Shown: one piece after another, positions 27,768 to 37,535 of the stretch
Position numbering within the stretch: position 1 is the first letter of the stretch
How the letters are laid out: the number at the start of each line of letters is the position of its first letter
Assembly: GCA_965231765.1 (NCBI GenBank)
Contig: OZ246887.1
Span: 998,486-1,062,485, forward strand
Length of the DNA: 64,000 nucleotides
Origin: Candidatus Binatia bacterium
Lineage (GTDB): Bacteria > Desulfobacterota > Binatia > Bin18
Direction: 5' to 3'
Notes under the pieces: generated by a model
Told to the model about the DNA's origin: nothing
Seen by the model: only the letters and a program-made list of their open reading frames with translations
The model's database searches: none
Translations under genes and position numbers: made by a program

Positions 27768-28565
27768 ATGGGGGCCGTACGAGAACAGACCGTCAGTGTG
27801 TGGAAAAACCAGGTCAATCCAAAAGTCCAAGTCGCTGGCAGTGGGCCACCCGTGGTGTTTCTGCACGGTGCGTATGGGCTGACCTGGGACCCGTTTCTGG
27901 ATGCGTTGGCGGAGAAACATACTGTCTATGCACCTGAGCATCCGGGCACAACTCTGGGCGATCCGGATGGCATTAAGCCTTTAGATAATTTGTGGGACCT
28001 GGTGCTATATTACGATGAATTGTTCGACCAGCTGGGTCTGCAAAACCCAACAGTGATTGGCCATTCGTTTGGTGGCATGGTCGCGGCAGAAATCGCAGCG
28101 AATTATCCGCACCGGGTCGGCAAACTCGTGCTGGTGAGTCCAATTGGTCTGTGGCGGGACGATAGTCCGGTGAAAAACTGGATGATCATGCCAATGGAAG
28201 AGGTGGTCAAAGCCGCTTTCTACGACCAAAACGGTCCGCTCGCGCAGCAAATGCTGACCGTTCCAGAGGACGAAAAGGAAGCCCAAGATCTCCAGATTCG
28301 AGTGACGTGGTCACTCGCCTGCACCGGTAAATTTATCTGGCCTATCCCAGATAAAGGGCTCAAGAAACGCATCCACCGGATCGCGTCGCCGACCCTGATT
28401 GTGTGGGGCACCGAGGACAAGCTGGTCCCACCGGTGTACGCCCAGGAGTTTGGAAATCGGATTGTCGACTCGCGGATCGAAATGGTCGAGCGAGCGGCGC
28501 ATGTGCCGCAGTTGGAACAGCTTGATCAGGTCTCGGGCTTGGTTCAGGATTTTATCCAGTCTTAA
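27768..28565 (+). CDS. alpha/beta hydrolase (meta-cleavage product hydrolase-like)
   Basis: VVFLHGA and GHSFGG motifs. Confidence 0.85.
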   Translation: MGAVREQTVSVWKNQVNPKVQVAGSGPPVVFLHGAYGLTWDPFLDALAEKHTVYAPEHPGTTLGDPDGIKPLDNLWDLVLYYDELFDQLGLQNPTVIGHSFGGMVAAEIAANYPHRVGKLVLVSPIGLWRDDSPVKNWMIMPMEEVVKAAFYDQNGPLAQQMLTVPEDEKEAQDLQIRVTWSLACTGKFIWPIPDKGLKKRIHRIASPTLIVWGTEDKLVPPVYAQEFGNRIVDSRIEMVERAAHVPQLEQLDQVSGLVQDFIQS

Positions 28566-28579
28566 CTCAGAGGAAGACC

Positions 28580-29821
28580 ATGGGAAAAGCTTTGAACGGA
28601 ATTCGTGTTCTGGATATGACCCACGTCCAGATGGGGCCTTCTTCTACCCAGATCCTGGCGTGGCTTGGTGCCGATGTCATCAAGGTCGAATTGCCGGGCC
28701 GGGGTGATATCACCCGCCAGCAGCTCCGGGACCTCCCTGACGTCGACAGCCTGTATTTCACCATGCTCAACTGTAACAAGCGCAGCATCACCATCAACAC
28801 CAAGACCAACACGGGTCAGGCGATCTTCCGCAAGCTTATTGAGGCCTGTGATGTGCTGGTGGAGAATTTTGCGCCTGGCGCCCTAGACCGACAGGGCTTC
28901 AGCTGGGACGCCATCCAGAAAATCAATCCTCGCCTGATCTATGCCTCGGGCAAGGGGTTCGGCTCTGGTCCATTCGCGGACTGCAAAGCGTACGAGACCG
29001 TCGCCCAGGCCATGGGGGGTGCGATGAGCACGACCGGCTGGGACGATGGCCCGCCGACCAGTACGGGCGCCCAGATCGGGGATTCGGGGACCGGAATTCA
29101 CCTGGTCGCTGCTATTCTGGCAGCACTCTTTCAGCGGGAGCAAACCGGACGCGGCCAGCGGGTCGAGGTCGCCATGCAGGACGCAGTGCTGAACCTGTGC
29201 CGGGTCAAGCTACGCGACCAGCAGCGGCTTGCCCACGGCCCCTTGAAGGAATATCCTCAATACCCGGACAAGACCTTTGGCGAGGCGGTGCCGCGTTCCG
29301 GCAACGCATCCGGTGGTGGCCATCCAGGCAGAGCGCTCAAATGTGAGCCCGGCGGTCCCAACGACTACATCTATGTGGTCGTCCAGGCCCAGGTCTGGGA
29401 GCCGCTGATGCAGCTCATCGGACGTGCAGAGCTTGTCGGCCATCCAGATTACGCAACGCCGGAGGCCCGTCTTCCACACCTTGATGAGTGTTTCAAAATT
29501 GTCGAGGAATGGACGCAGCAACACACCAAGTACGAAGCCATGAAACTCCTCAACGAGGTCAACGTTCCCTGCGGCCCAGTCCTCGACATGAGAGAGTTGA
29601 TGGAAGATGAGTCGCTTGCCGCACGGGGCATTGTGGTCGAGGTCAAGCATCCGCAGCGCGGTACATTCAAGACCGTCGGCTGCCCGCTGCAGCTCTCCGA
29701 TTCGCCGGTCAAAGTGAAGACCCCACCACAACTTGGCGAGCATACCGAGGAAATCCTGAGGGAGTTTGTCGGTTACGGAGATAAGGACATCGAGGAGGCG
29801 CAGGCCGAAGGCGCGATCTGA
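28580..29821 (+). CDS. frc: formyl-CoA transferase-like family III CoA-transferase
   Basis: Long collinear resemblance to Frc as I recall it: [46 protein letters not shown]. Confidence 0.7.
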   Translation: MGKALNGIRVLDMTHVQMGPSSTQILAWLGADVIKVELPGRGDITRQQLRDLPDVDSLYFTMLNCNKRSITINTKTNTGQAIFRKLIEACDVLVENFAPGALDRQGFSWDAIQKINPRLIYASGKGFGSGPFADCKAYETVAQAMGGAMSTTGWDDGPPTSTGAQIGDSGTGIHLVAAILAALFQREQTGRGQRVEVAMQDAVLNLCRVKLRDQQRLAHGPLKEYPQYPDKTFGEAVPRSGNASGGGHPGRALKCEPGGPNDYIYVVVQAQVWEPLMQLIGRAELVGHPDYATPEARLPHLDECFKIVEEWTQQHTKYEAMKLLNEVNVPCGPVLDMRELMEDESLAARGIVVEVKHPQRGTFKTVGCPLQLSDSPVKVKTPPQLGEHTEEILREFVGYGDKDIEEAQAEGAI

Positions 29822-29861
29822 AACAGTCCGCCTGGGGCAGCGCCCTGGGGGCCGTCACGAT

Positions 29862-30179
29862 TTAAGACACCCACGGTTCTCCCAAACGTGCAATCGCCGT
29901 CTTGGGGGAATACGGGGAAGAGTAAAATCCAACCGTATAGCCTGAGTCCGGCTCAATATCGTCTGGTGTCAACTCAACCAACACCATGTCTTCAGGAACA
30001 AAGGTGTCGGCGTTCGGCTTGGTGGCTGTCGTATCCAGAACAGGCGGCTGAGTCGCATAGGTTCGATGCAGGCCAAGATCTAAAGGCCACATCAGCGCGT
30101 CTAACGAGGCCTCGTACGCTGGCCGTCCTCCTAAAGCTCTTAGGCGGTTCTCGCGCCGTACAAACCACACTTTTGCCAT
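29862..30179 (-). CDS. hypothetical protein
   Basis: 105-aa ORF with ATG start and no recognisable motif. Confidence 0.4.
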   Translation of the reverse strand: MAKVWFVRRENRLRALGGRPAYEASLDALMWPLDLGLHRTYATQPPVLDTTATKPNADTFVPEDMVLVELTPDDIEPDSGYTVGFYSSPYSPKTAIARLGEPWVS

Positions 30180-30348
30180 GAATGATTTCCTCAGATTTTC
30201 AAATTCTTCGTATTCGGGTTATAGCACGGGAAGCCCACCTGCTATAGGAGGTCCGCCAAATCTACTGGTCGACTAATCTACTGATCTATTTGGGACACAT
30301 TGCGACACTGCGGGCAAGATGGTAACACTGAGCGGACGGAGGTTCGTC

Positions 30349-30618
30349 ATGAGAGAGAATATTCATCCAAAAGAGTATAGAGAAGTTGTTTTTCGAGATA
30401 TGTCGGCAGATTATTCAATTCTGACCCGCTCGTGCGTAGAAACGAAGGATACCATCGAATGGGAAGACGGCAAGACCTATCCATTGTACAAGCTGGATAT
30501 CTCAAGTGCCTCGCATCCCTTTTATACCGGCAAACAGCGCATCGTTGACACCGCAGGCCGCGTTGAGCGTTTCCGCCGCCGGTATGGCCTCAAACAAGAA
30601 GAACAGGCCGAAGACTAG
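30349..30618 (+). CDS. rpmE2: 50S ribosomal protein L31, type B (no CxxC zinc ribbon)
   Basis: [41 protein letters not shown]. Lacks the type A cysteines. Confidence 0.9.
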   Translation: MRENIHPKEYREVVFRDMSADYSILTRSCVETKDTIEWEDGKTYPLYKLDISSASHPFYTGKQRIVDTAGRVERFRRRYGLKQEEQAED

Positions 30619-30727
30619 CTGGCCTTATATTTCCTGCCTGATACAGCAGCGAGGACAGCCCTGTTCTCGCGTGTGTTCCCCTCTTGTTCGCACACACAAT
30701 CCAGTAGTCTAAAATAGAGGCGCTACA

Positions 30728-31813
30728 ATGAGCGAGGCAAGCAACTTACGTGAAAAATTGACCGAGGTTGAAAAGCGCTATCAAGACCTGGAGGGCGAGC
30801 TCAGTAAGGCTGGAGTCGTTAGTAATCCTCAGGAATATGCCAAGCTGGCCAAAGAGCACGCCGACATGGGGCGGGTGGTCACCTGTTTTCGAAAATGGCG
30901 CAAAACATGCGAAGAGATAGAAGAGAGCGAAATCCTCCTCGATGACAATGATCCAGACGTGCGAGAGATGGCACAAGAAGAGCTCGTCAGCTTGCGTGAG
31001 GAGGACACCAGATTAGAGCAAGAGCTGCACCTCTTGCTCCTGCCCAAAGATCCGCTTGACGAAAAAAATGTCCTGTTAGAAATCCGGGCCGGGACTGGGG
31101 GTGACGAGGCGAGTTTGTTTGCCGCAGATCTGTTCCGCATGTATACCCGCTACGCGGAACAGCAAAACTGGCGTATGGAAGTGATGAGTTCTAGTCCGAC
31201 TGGCCTAGGTGGATTTAAAGAAATTGTCACCCTGGTAGAAGGCAATAGAGCCTATAGTCGTCTTAAATTTGAAGGCGGCGTACATCGTGTCCAACGTATC
31301 CCGGAAACAGAAACCTCAGGTCGTATTCATACCTCGGCCGTGACGGTAGCAGTCCTGCCGGAAGCTGAGGAGGTTGACGTTCACATCGAGGAGAAGGACC
31401 TCCGGATTGACGTGTATCGATCATCCGGACCAGGCGGCCAGAGCGTGAATACCACTGACTCAGCCGTCCGCGTCACCCACATGCCAACCAACTCAGTGGT
31501 GATCTGCCAAGATGAAAAATCTCAGCACAAAAACAAAGCCAAAGCGCTGAAGATCCTGCGCTCTCGGCTGCTTGAAAAAGCCCGTGACGAACAGCACCAA
31601 GAAATTGCCTCCTCACGCCGCAGTATGGTTGGCTCCGGCGACCGTTCGGAACGTATCCGGACCTATAATTTCCCGCAGTCTCGCCTGACCGACCATCGGA
31701 TTAATCTCACTCTGCATACCTTGGAACGTGTTCTAGAAGGCGAACTTGATGGAGTTGTAGATGCCTTGATTACGTCCTACCAAGCTGAGGCACTCAAGGC
31801 AGCAGCAGTCTAA
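30728..31813 (+). CDS. prfA: peptide chain release factor 1
   Basis: GGQ motif ([11 protein letters not shown]) and an RF1-type P-x-T tripeptide region ([14 protein letters not shown]). Confidence 0.95.
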   Translation: MSEASNLREKLTEVEKRYQDLEGELSKAGVVSNPQEYAKLAKEHADMGRVVTCFRKWRKTCEEIEESEILLDDNDPDVREMAQEELVSLREEDTRLEQELHLLLLPKDPLDEKNVLLEIRAGTGGDEASLFAADLFRMYTRYAEQQNWRMEVMSSSPTGLGGFKEIVTLVEGNRAYSRLKFEGGVHRVQRIPETETSGRIHTSAVTVAVLPEAEEVDVHIEEKDLRIDVYRSSGPGGQSVNTTDSAVRVTHMPTNSVVICQDEKSQHKNKAKALKILRSRLLEKARDEQHQEIASSRRSMVGSGDRSERIRTYNFPQSRLTDHRINLTLHTLERVLEGELDGVVDALITSYQAEALKAAAV

Positions 31814-31835
31814 AGGCTCAGAGCTTTTCCCGTAG

Positions 31836-31860
31836 GGTGGATAAGCGCAGCGCATCCACC
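31836..31860. repeat. REP-like hairpin GGTGGATAAGCGCAGCGCATCCACC (family A)
   Basis: Arms GGTGGAT/ATCCACC just downstream of the prfA stop. A related copy lies in inverted orientation at 54636-54664. Confidence 0.65.
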
Positions 31861-31944
31861 ACCTGCTGCCGAGCTCTCTAGAGATACACCCAAGGCGCAT
31901 CTGATCCCCTTCTTTTTCAAAGGGGGGCTAGGGGGAATTCTGGA

Positions 31945-32868
31945 ATGTCACGCGCAAGAAAAACCCCCTCCTCCGCCCACGTGCTCTCTGAAGCAACTTC
32001 TTTCCTCGCCACGCATGGCATTCCAACTCCGCGCCTTGATGCAGAAGTGCTGCTTAGCCATATCTTAGGCATGAGCAAGACTGCGCTGTACACTCATCTA
32101 CACACCCCGCTCGGCACTCCCGACGACAACGCCTTCTGGCACAAGATCGTGCGACGCGCAAAACGTGAGCCACTCCAGTACATCACTGGTGTCCAGGAAT
32201 TTTGGTCGCTCGATTTTTTAGTTGACCCCCGCGTGCTCATTCCTCGCCCAGAGACTGAGCTCGTGCTTGAAGTTGGTCTCGAATTGCTCGGAGATCCCGC
32301 GGCGGTATCAGCACAGTCTACGAAACAGTCTTGGCAACAGCCCATACAGATACTCGACCTCGGGACAGGCAGTGGTTGCATTGCTATTGCACTAGCCACA
32401 CAATTGCCACAGACGCAGTTCTGGGCGTGCGATGTCTCCTGCGACGCTCTCACCGTTGCTAGAGAAAATGCACGCCGTCATAAAGTCGATGATCGCATCA
32501 CTTTTATGCACGCTGATATGACTGATATGCATGACGGCCTGGAAAACAGGCTGTCTAATTTTGATCTGATCGTGACCAATCCGCCCTATATTACTCAGTC
32601 GGATCTGACGACTTTGCAGCCCGAAGTTCGCGACTGGGAGCCTCGCCTCGCTCTGGATGGCGGCCAGGACGGGCTAGATTTTTACCGTCGCTTGCTGCAA
32701 AACTGTCCCATGCTCTTGCGTCCTGGGGGCTGGCTGGTCATGGAGACTGGGCACGATCAAAGCGAGTCAATCAGACGTATGGCTGAGGCGCAACCGACGC
32801 TCACAGACTGCTCTGTCAGGCATGACTACGCTGGACTGCCACGAGTCGTGAGTGTGCAGCGGAAATAG
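31945..32868 (+). CDS. prmC: release factor glutamine N5-methyltransferase
   Basis: LDLGTGSGCIAIALA and IVTNPPYI, downstream of prfA. Confidence 0.9.
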   Translation: MSRARKTPSSAHVLSEATSFLATHGIPTPRLDAEVLLSHILGMSKTALYTHLHTPLGTPDDNAFWHKIVRRAKREPLQYITGVQEFWSLDFLVDPRVLIPRPETELVLEVGLELLGDPAAVSAQSTKQSWQQPIQILDLGTGSGCIAIALATQLPQTQFWACDVSCDALTVARENARRHKVDDRITFMHADMTDMHDGLENRLSNFDLIVTNPPYITQSDLTTLQPEVRDWEPRLALDGGQDGLDFYRRLLQNCPMLLRPGGWLVMETGHDQSESIRRMAEAQPTLTDCSVRHDYAGLPRVVSVQRK

Positions 32869-32939
32869 GTGGTAATGGGTCAGCACAAGAAAAGTTGAGC
32901 TGGGGATACGGATGGCGTATCTCGGAGGTGGTAGGCAAT

Positions 32940-34247
32940 ATGGATACGATAGTCATACGCGGGGGTCGGCCGCTGCACGGAGAGGTGTGCGTCGGTGGTG
33001 CCAAGAATGCAGCGCTGCCATTACTCTTTGCCTCCTTGCTGACGGAAGACGAGTGTCGGCTCAGTCGCATGCCAGGAGTGGTTGATATTCGGACCGCCCT
33101 GCGCCTGTTGAATGAGCTCGGCGTCAGCGCCGATTGGCTGAGCGACAGTACGGTCACACTCACAGCACGTACCATCCGGCATTTGGAAGCTCCGTACGAT
33201 TTAGTCAAGACGATGCGCGCCTCCTTTTTAGTCTTGGGGCCGCTGCTGGCTCGCTTTGGGAAAGCACGCGTTTCAACTCCTGGCGGATGCGCGATCGGGA
33301 CCCGACCAGTCGATATCCACCTCGAAGGCTTCAAACAGCTGGGAGCATCGATTCGCATCCAACACGGCTATGTGGAGGCAACGGCCACGCGTCTGCATGG
33401 TGCCGATATTGTTCTAGAGTTCCCGTCTGTCGGAGCAACAGAAAATCTGATGATGGCTGCCACTCTGGCACAGGGCACCACGCGTCTCGAAAACGTTGCC
33501 CGTGAGCCAGAAATTGCGGACCTGGCCAAGCTGTTGAACGCGATGGGCGCGCGGGTCAGCGGAGCCGGTAGCAATATCATCACAATTGAAGGTGTGTCTC
33601 ACCTCCACGGGGCTGGACACGAAGTTATCCCGGATCGCGTCGAGGCTGGGACTTTTCTGATTGCCGGAGCCATCACTTCAGGTCACGTTTTTGTGCGGAA
33701 TGCCCAGGCACAGCACTTGGAGGCGTTTCTGCAAAAGCTCCGCGCAACGGGGATTCAGATTCGCGTCGAGCAGGATGGTATTTGGGTCAAGGGCGAAGGA
33801 CGGCCGTCGAATGTCGATGTGATTACCTGGCCCTATCCGGGCTTTCCAACAGATCTTCAGGCGCAGATGATGGCCCTCTTAACCATCGGCCAGGGGCGCA
33901 GCTTGATTACCGAAACAGTCTTTGAAAATCGCTTTATGCACGCTCAGGAACTCGCCCGCTTGGGAGCCAATATTCATATTCGGGGCAATACCGCGGCAGT
34001 GAATGGGGCTGCTTTCTTGAGTGGTGCTCCGGTCATGGCGACTGACCTGCGGGCCAGTGTATCCCTCATTCTGGCCGGTTTAGCCGCTCAGGGGAAAACT
34101 GAAATCTCGCGCGTGTATCACCTCGACCGGGGTTATGAAAAAATTGAGCAGAAGCTCTCGAAACTAGGGGCGGATATTCAGAGAATACCAGCAGAAAAAT
34201 CCGAATCCAGAACAGCTCTAGAACGAGAGAGATCAGAAACGGTATGA
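32940..34247 (+). CDS. murA: UDP-N-acetylglucosamine 1-carboxyvinyltransferase
   Basis: MDTIVIRGGRPLHGEVCVGGAKNAALPLL.. and the active-site region PGGCAIGTRPVDIHL. Confidence 0.95.
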   Translation: MDTIVIRGGRPLHGEVCVGGAKNAALPLLFASLLTEDECRLSRMPGVVDIRTALRLLNELGVSADWLSDSTVTLTARTIRHLEAPYDLVKTMRASFLVLGPLLARFGKARVSTPGGCAIGTRPVDIHLEGFKQLGASIRIQHGYVEATATRLHGADIVLEFPSVGATENLMMAATLAQGTTRLENVAREPEIADLAKLLNAMGARVSGAGSNIITIEGVSHLHGAGHEVIPDRVEAGTFLIAGAITSGHVFVRNAQAQHLEAFLQKLRATGIQIRVEQDGIWVKGEGRPSNVDVITWPYPGFPTDLQAQMMALLTIGQGRSLITETVFENRFMHAQELARLGANIHIRGNTAAVNGAAFLSGAPVMATDLRASVSLILAGLAAQGKTEISRVYHLDRGYEKIEQKLSKLGADIQRIPAEKSESRTALERERSETV

Positions 34248-35620
34248 TCATTCCCCTGCTCAAGACATCAGACCCGGCATGCCAACGCCGCCTAGACAAG
34301 CTCTTTGCCCGTGGCGACAGTGCCAGTAGTCAGGTTGAAGCCGCCGTCCGTGCTCTTCTGCGAGATGTCAAAAGCAAAGGCGACCGGGCACTGATTGCGG
34401 CGACCCATAAGTTTGATCGGGTGCGTTTGACTCCCGAGAGATTAGAAGTCACAACGGAGGAGTTGGACCAGGCACGTGCTGCCATGCCGAAAGCTGAGCG
34501 AACGGCGTTGCAATCTGCGGCCAAACGTATTCGTGCCTTTCACCGCCAACAAGGTCAATCATCATGGCAGTATCAGGACGAACTGGGAGTCACCTTAGGC
34601 CAAAAAATTACCCCTTTGGAGCGTGTGGGAGTCTATGTGCCAGGCGGGAAAGCCGCCTACCCGTCTTCTGTGCTGATGAATATTATCCCAGCCAAAGTCG
34701 CCGGAGTGGAAGAAATCATCGTTGTTTCTCCGCCTTCAGCTGACGGTGATCAGTATGGCATGCAGCCAGGCGTGCTTGCCGCAGCCCGTTTGGCTGGAGC
34801 AGATCGCGTCTTTCGGGTTGGCGGTGCTCAAGCTGTAGCCGCACTGGCGTATGGGACTCAGACAATTCCACGCGTTGATAAGATCGTGGGACCGGGCAAT
34901 ATCTATGTCGCAACAGCAAAACGCCTGGTCTTTGGCCAAGTCGCGATTGATAGCATAGCCGGTCCGAGCGAAGTATTGGTGATTGCCGATGAGACCGCCT
35001 CGCCAGCCTATGTGGCTGCCGATATGCTGTCTCAGGCGGAACATGATGAAATGGCCGCCCCGTTATGCTTGACGACCTCAGAGCCGCTGGCCAAGGCTAT
35101 TGTAGACGCCTTGACACACCAGCTTGCCAAACTCAGTCGACGCACCATTGCGACCGCATCGCTGAAACAATATGGAGCGGTCCTCATCGCCCGCGACCAG
35201 GCTGAGGTCGTACAACTAGCCAATGCGCTTGCCCCAGAACACGTTGAGTTGTTAGTCAAAAATCCGCGCTCGTGGCTCAAAGACATTCGGCATGCCGGTG
35301 CAATATTCTTGGGGAGCTTATCAACCGAACCCTTTGGCGACTACATGGCTGGACCGAACCATATTCTGCCGACTGGCGGAACCGCCCGGTTTTCCTCACC
35401 GCTGGGTGTGTATGATTTTCTGAAGCGGACAAGCATTATTGAGGCATCAGCCCTGGCGATCCGCAAGCTTGGTCCGCAAATTATGCGCCTGGCCGCAATG
35501 GAAGGACTCGATGCGCATGCTCGGGCAGTAGCGTATCGTCTCAATGGAGACCACAATGACAAATCTGGCAAAAGTAGAAAGACCAGAAACACCACAGCGC
35601 ACGGCAAACCTGCATCGTAA
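34244..35620 (+). CDS. hisD: histidinol dehydrogenase
   Basis: ATGA overlap with murA. SQAEHD and GDYMAGPNHILPT motifs. The C-terminal tail overlaps hisB. Confidence 0.95.
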   Translation: MIIPLLKTSDPACQRRLDKLFARGDSASSQVEAAVRALLRDVKSKGDRALIAATHKFDRVRLTPERLEVTTEELDQARAAMPKAERTALQSAAKRIRAFHRQQGQSSWQYQDELGVTLGQKITPLERVGVYVPGGKAAYPSSVLMNIIPAKVAGVEEIIVVSPPSADGDQYGMQPGVLAAARLAGADRVFRVGGAQAVAALAYGTQTIPRVDKIVGPGNIYVATAKRLVFGQVAIDSIAGPSEVLVIADETASPAYVAADMLSQAEHDEMAAPLCLTTSEPLAKAIVDALTHQLAKLSRRTIATASLKQYGAVLIARDQAEVVQLANALAPEHVELLVKNPRSWLKDIRHAGAIFLGSLSTEPFGDYMAGPNHILPTGGTARFSSPLGVYDFLKRTSIIEASALAIRKLGPQIMRLAAMEGLDAHARAVAYRLNGDHNDKSGKSRKTRNTTAHGKPAS

Positions 35621-36179
35621 AACAAAAGAAACTGACATTCAGCTCACTCTGAATGTTGATGGCAGCGGTCAGTACCAGATTGCGACTGGCGTGCCCTTTC
35701 TCAACCATATGTTGGAGCTATTCACCCGGCATGGCTTTTTTGACCTGACCGTCCACGCCACGGGCGACATCGAGATTGACGATCATCATACTGTTGAAGA
35801 TGTCGGTCTCGCCCTGGGCGAAACCTTTCGCACCGCCCTGGGAGAGAAGCACGGTATTCGTCGCTTTGGTGAAGCCAGCGTACCACTTGATGAAGCTCTG
35901 GTGAACTGCGTGGTTGACCTCAGCGGGCGGCCTTTTCTGGCCTATAATTTAACGATCCAACAAGAACAGGTCGGCGCCTTCGCCACCGAGTTAATCCACG
36001 ACTTTTTCCTGGCTTTCACCAATCAATTAGGCATGAATTTGCATTTTAATATGAGCCAAGGTCGCAATCCTCACCATATTATTGAAGCCGGTTTCAAAGC
36101 CTTTGCCCGCGCGCTGGGCAGTGCGGTTGAATATGATCCACGGGTAAAGGGCGTCTTATCGACAAAGGGAGTGCTGTGA
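35544..36179 (+). CDS. hisB: imidazoleglycerol-phosphate dehydratase
   Basis: RKTKETDIQLTLNVDG, DDHHTVEDVGLALG and NPHHIIEAGFKAFARAL. Start is at 35544 or 35556. Confidence 0.9.
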   Translation: METTMTNLAKVERPETPQRTANLHRKTKETDIQLTLNVDGSGQYQIATGVPFLNHMLELFTRHGFFDLTVHATGDIEIDDHHTVEDVGLALGETFRTALGEKHGIRRFGEASVPLDEALVNCVVDLSGRPFLAYNLTIQQEQVGAFATELIHDFFLAFTNQLGMNLHFNMSQGRNPHHIIEAGFKAFARALGSAVEYDPRVKGVLSTKGVL

Positions 36180-36500
36180 AATGGAGGCTATGAGGAGGCA
36201 CCAGACGTGAGCCCTGAGCCCCTATAAGCCGTGACCTTATTGGTTGAAGCCCTGAACACTCCCACCTAGCCGACATTGCATGGGCCGACATCGCCCTTGT
36301 GGTAGGCGGAGCGCAATGTGGTTTGATCTATGTCAGGCTGCGAAAAATGGTGCGTTCGTCCGAAGAGCGGAACCGACGACTCGACGCGAGGGAAGCCCGG
36401 CAAGCCGAACAGAGCCAAGCGCTTACAGAAATCCTAACCGAACTGGCCGTGCTTAGGCGGGCCGCCCAAGACTGAGCCACACCGCTGGGCCTCATGTGAG

Positions 36501-36534
36501 AGAGTGGTCAGTCTGATTAAAGACTGACCACTCT
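36501..36534. other. perfect 14-bp stem hairpin (AGAGTGGTCAGTCT-gattaa-AGACTGACCACTCT)
   Basis: Read directly, 27 nt upstream of the first island gene. No T-run follows. Confidence 0.7.
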
Positions 36535-36560
36535 GGTGACTGAGATCGGAGACAGTAACA

Positions 36561-37523
36561 ATGCAGCAAGTCGAAGAAAACGCTTTCCCGTTGGTTAGTC
36601 TATACTTCAAGCGAAGAGAAGGCCTACTCGCGGAGCTAGATCAGTGTAGCGAGCCAGCCGAAATAGCTAAACGCGTGAACAGCTTCGTCCGCGAGCTTGA
36701 ACGCCCATATACAGACTTAGTAAACGTTACCGACCAACAAGCTCGTCTTGTTCATCACACGCTCGGTATAATCGCTACCGCTGTCGGGGCGCTTTCCGCC
36801 GTTTCTGCTGCTGCCTCATTACCTACCATAAGAGATGGTGACTCGTTAACGAAAATGAACAACGGCTTAATAAAACGATTCCTGCTAAAAGTATTTCCGG
36901 CGGTACGTCACTGGATAGAATCGTCCCCGGCGGTGCGTTATCTGCTGCTTATCGCGGCCGCTTGCGTTGCGTCGGTTGTCCTCGTGTTGCTTAGCAGCCC
37001 CTCAATAACCGCGTTAATTTTGCTGTTTGCTATTGGGGCGATGGCAGTCGCATTGGCTTCATCTGTCCGATACGAAGACGCTCTCGCTTCACATTCCCCC
37101 TCCCCGCAAGAACCACAGGTTACGTTCGCTTTTGCTCTGAATAGCATTGATGGGACACTTTCACGCGCCCTGCGCGCGGCAGATGACCTTCTCGCCGTCG
37201 CCGCCCATGAGTCGAGTCAGAATGCAGGCGCTCCGGCGCTTAATCCAGACCGAATGCTTGAGCTGCTTCAAGACCTCGGCTCTCATAAGATTACCAGGAG
37301 CCCCGATAAGACGATAGACGACTTCGCTAAAGATAGCGTCCGGCTCCTGTACGCTGCTGGAATTACGCTTGTCGATTACAGTCCCGACCAAGCCCAATTT
37401 TTTGAAAAGCAGCCAGCAGGCATTTCTGAGCAGCGTACCCTGCTACCCGCTCTTGTCAGTGAAGACGGGAAGCTAGTGCGCCCAGGCACTATCCTCGTAC
37501 CTGTCGCCACACGTCCCAACTAA
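36561..37523 (+). CDS. membrane protein with GrpE-like C-terminal domain (tentative)
   Basis: Two hydrophobic helices (YLLLIAAACVASVVLVLL, ALILLFAIGAMAVALA). The C-terminus LLYAAGITLVDYSPDQ..LVSEDGKLVRPGTILVPV resembles the GrpE beta-domain pattern. Confidence 0.6.
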   Translation: MQQVEENAFPLVSLYFKRREGLLAELDQCSEPAEIAKRVNSFVRELERPYTDLVNVTDQQARLVHHTLGIIATAVGALSAVSAAASLPTIRDGDSLTKMNNGLIKRFLLKVFPAVRHWIESSPAVRYLLLIAAACVASVVLVLLSSPSITALILLFAIGAMAVALASSVRYEDALASHSPSPQEPQVTFAFALNSIDGTLSRALRAADDLLAVAAHESSQNAGAPALNPDRMLELLQDLGSHKITRSPDKTIDDFAKDSVRLLYAAGITLVDYSPDQAQFFEKQPAGISEQRTLLPALVSEDGKLVRPGTILVPVATRPN

Positions 37524-37535
37524 CATAGTCAACGC

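Noticed and set aside
30180-30348. Zur box or zinc-responsive operator upstream of the zinc-independent L31 paralogue rpmE2
   Set aside because: - I saw no AT-rich palindrome of the Zur type.
- There is only a short direct repeat, aatctactg x2, which I could not interpret.
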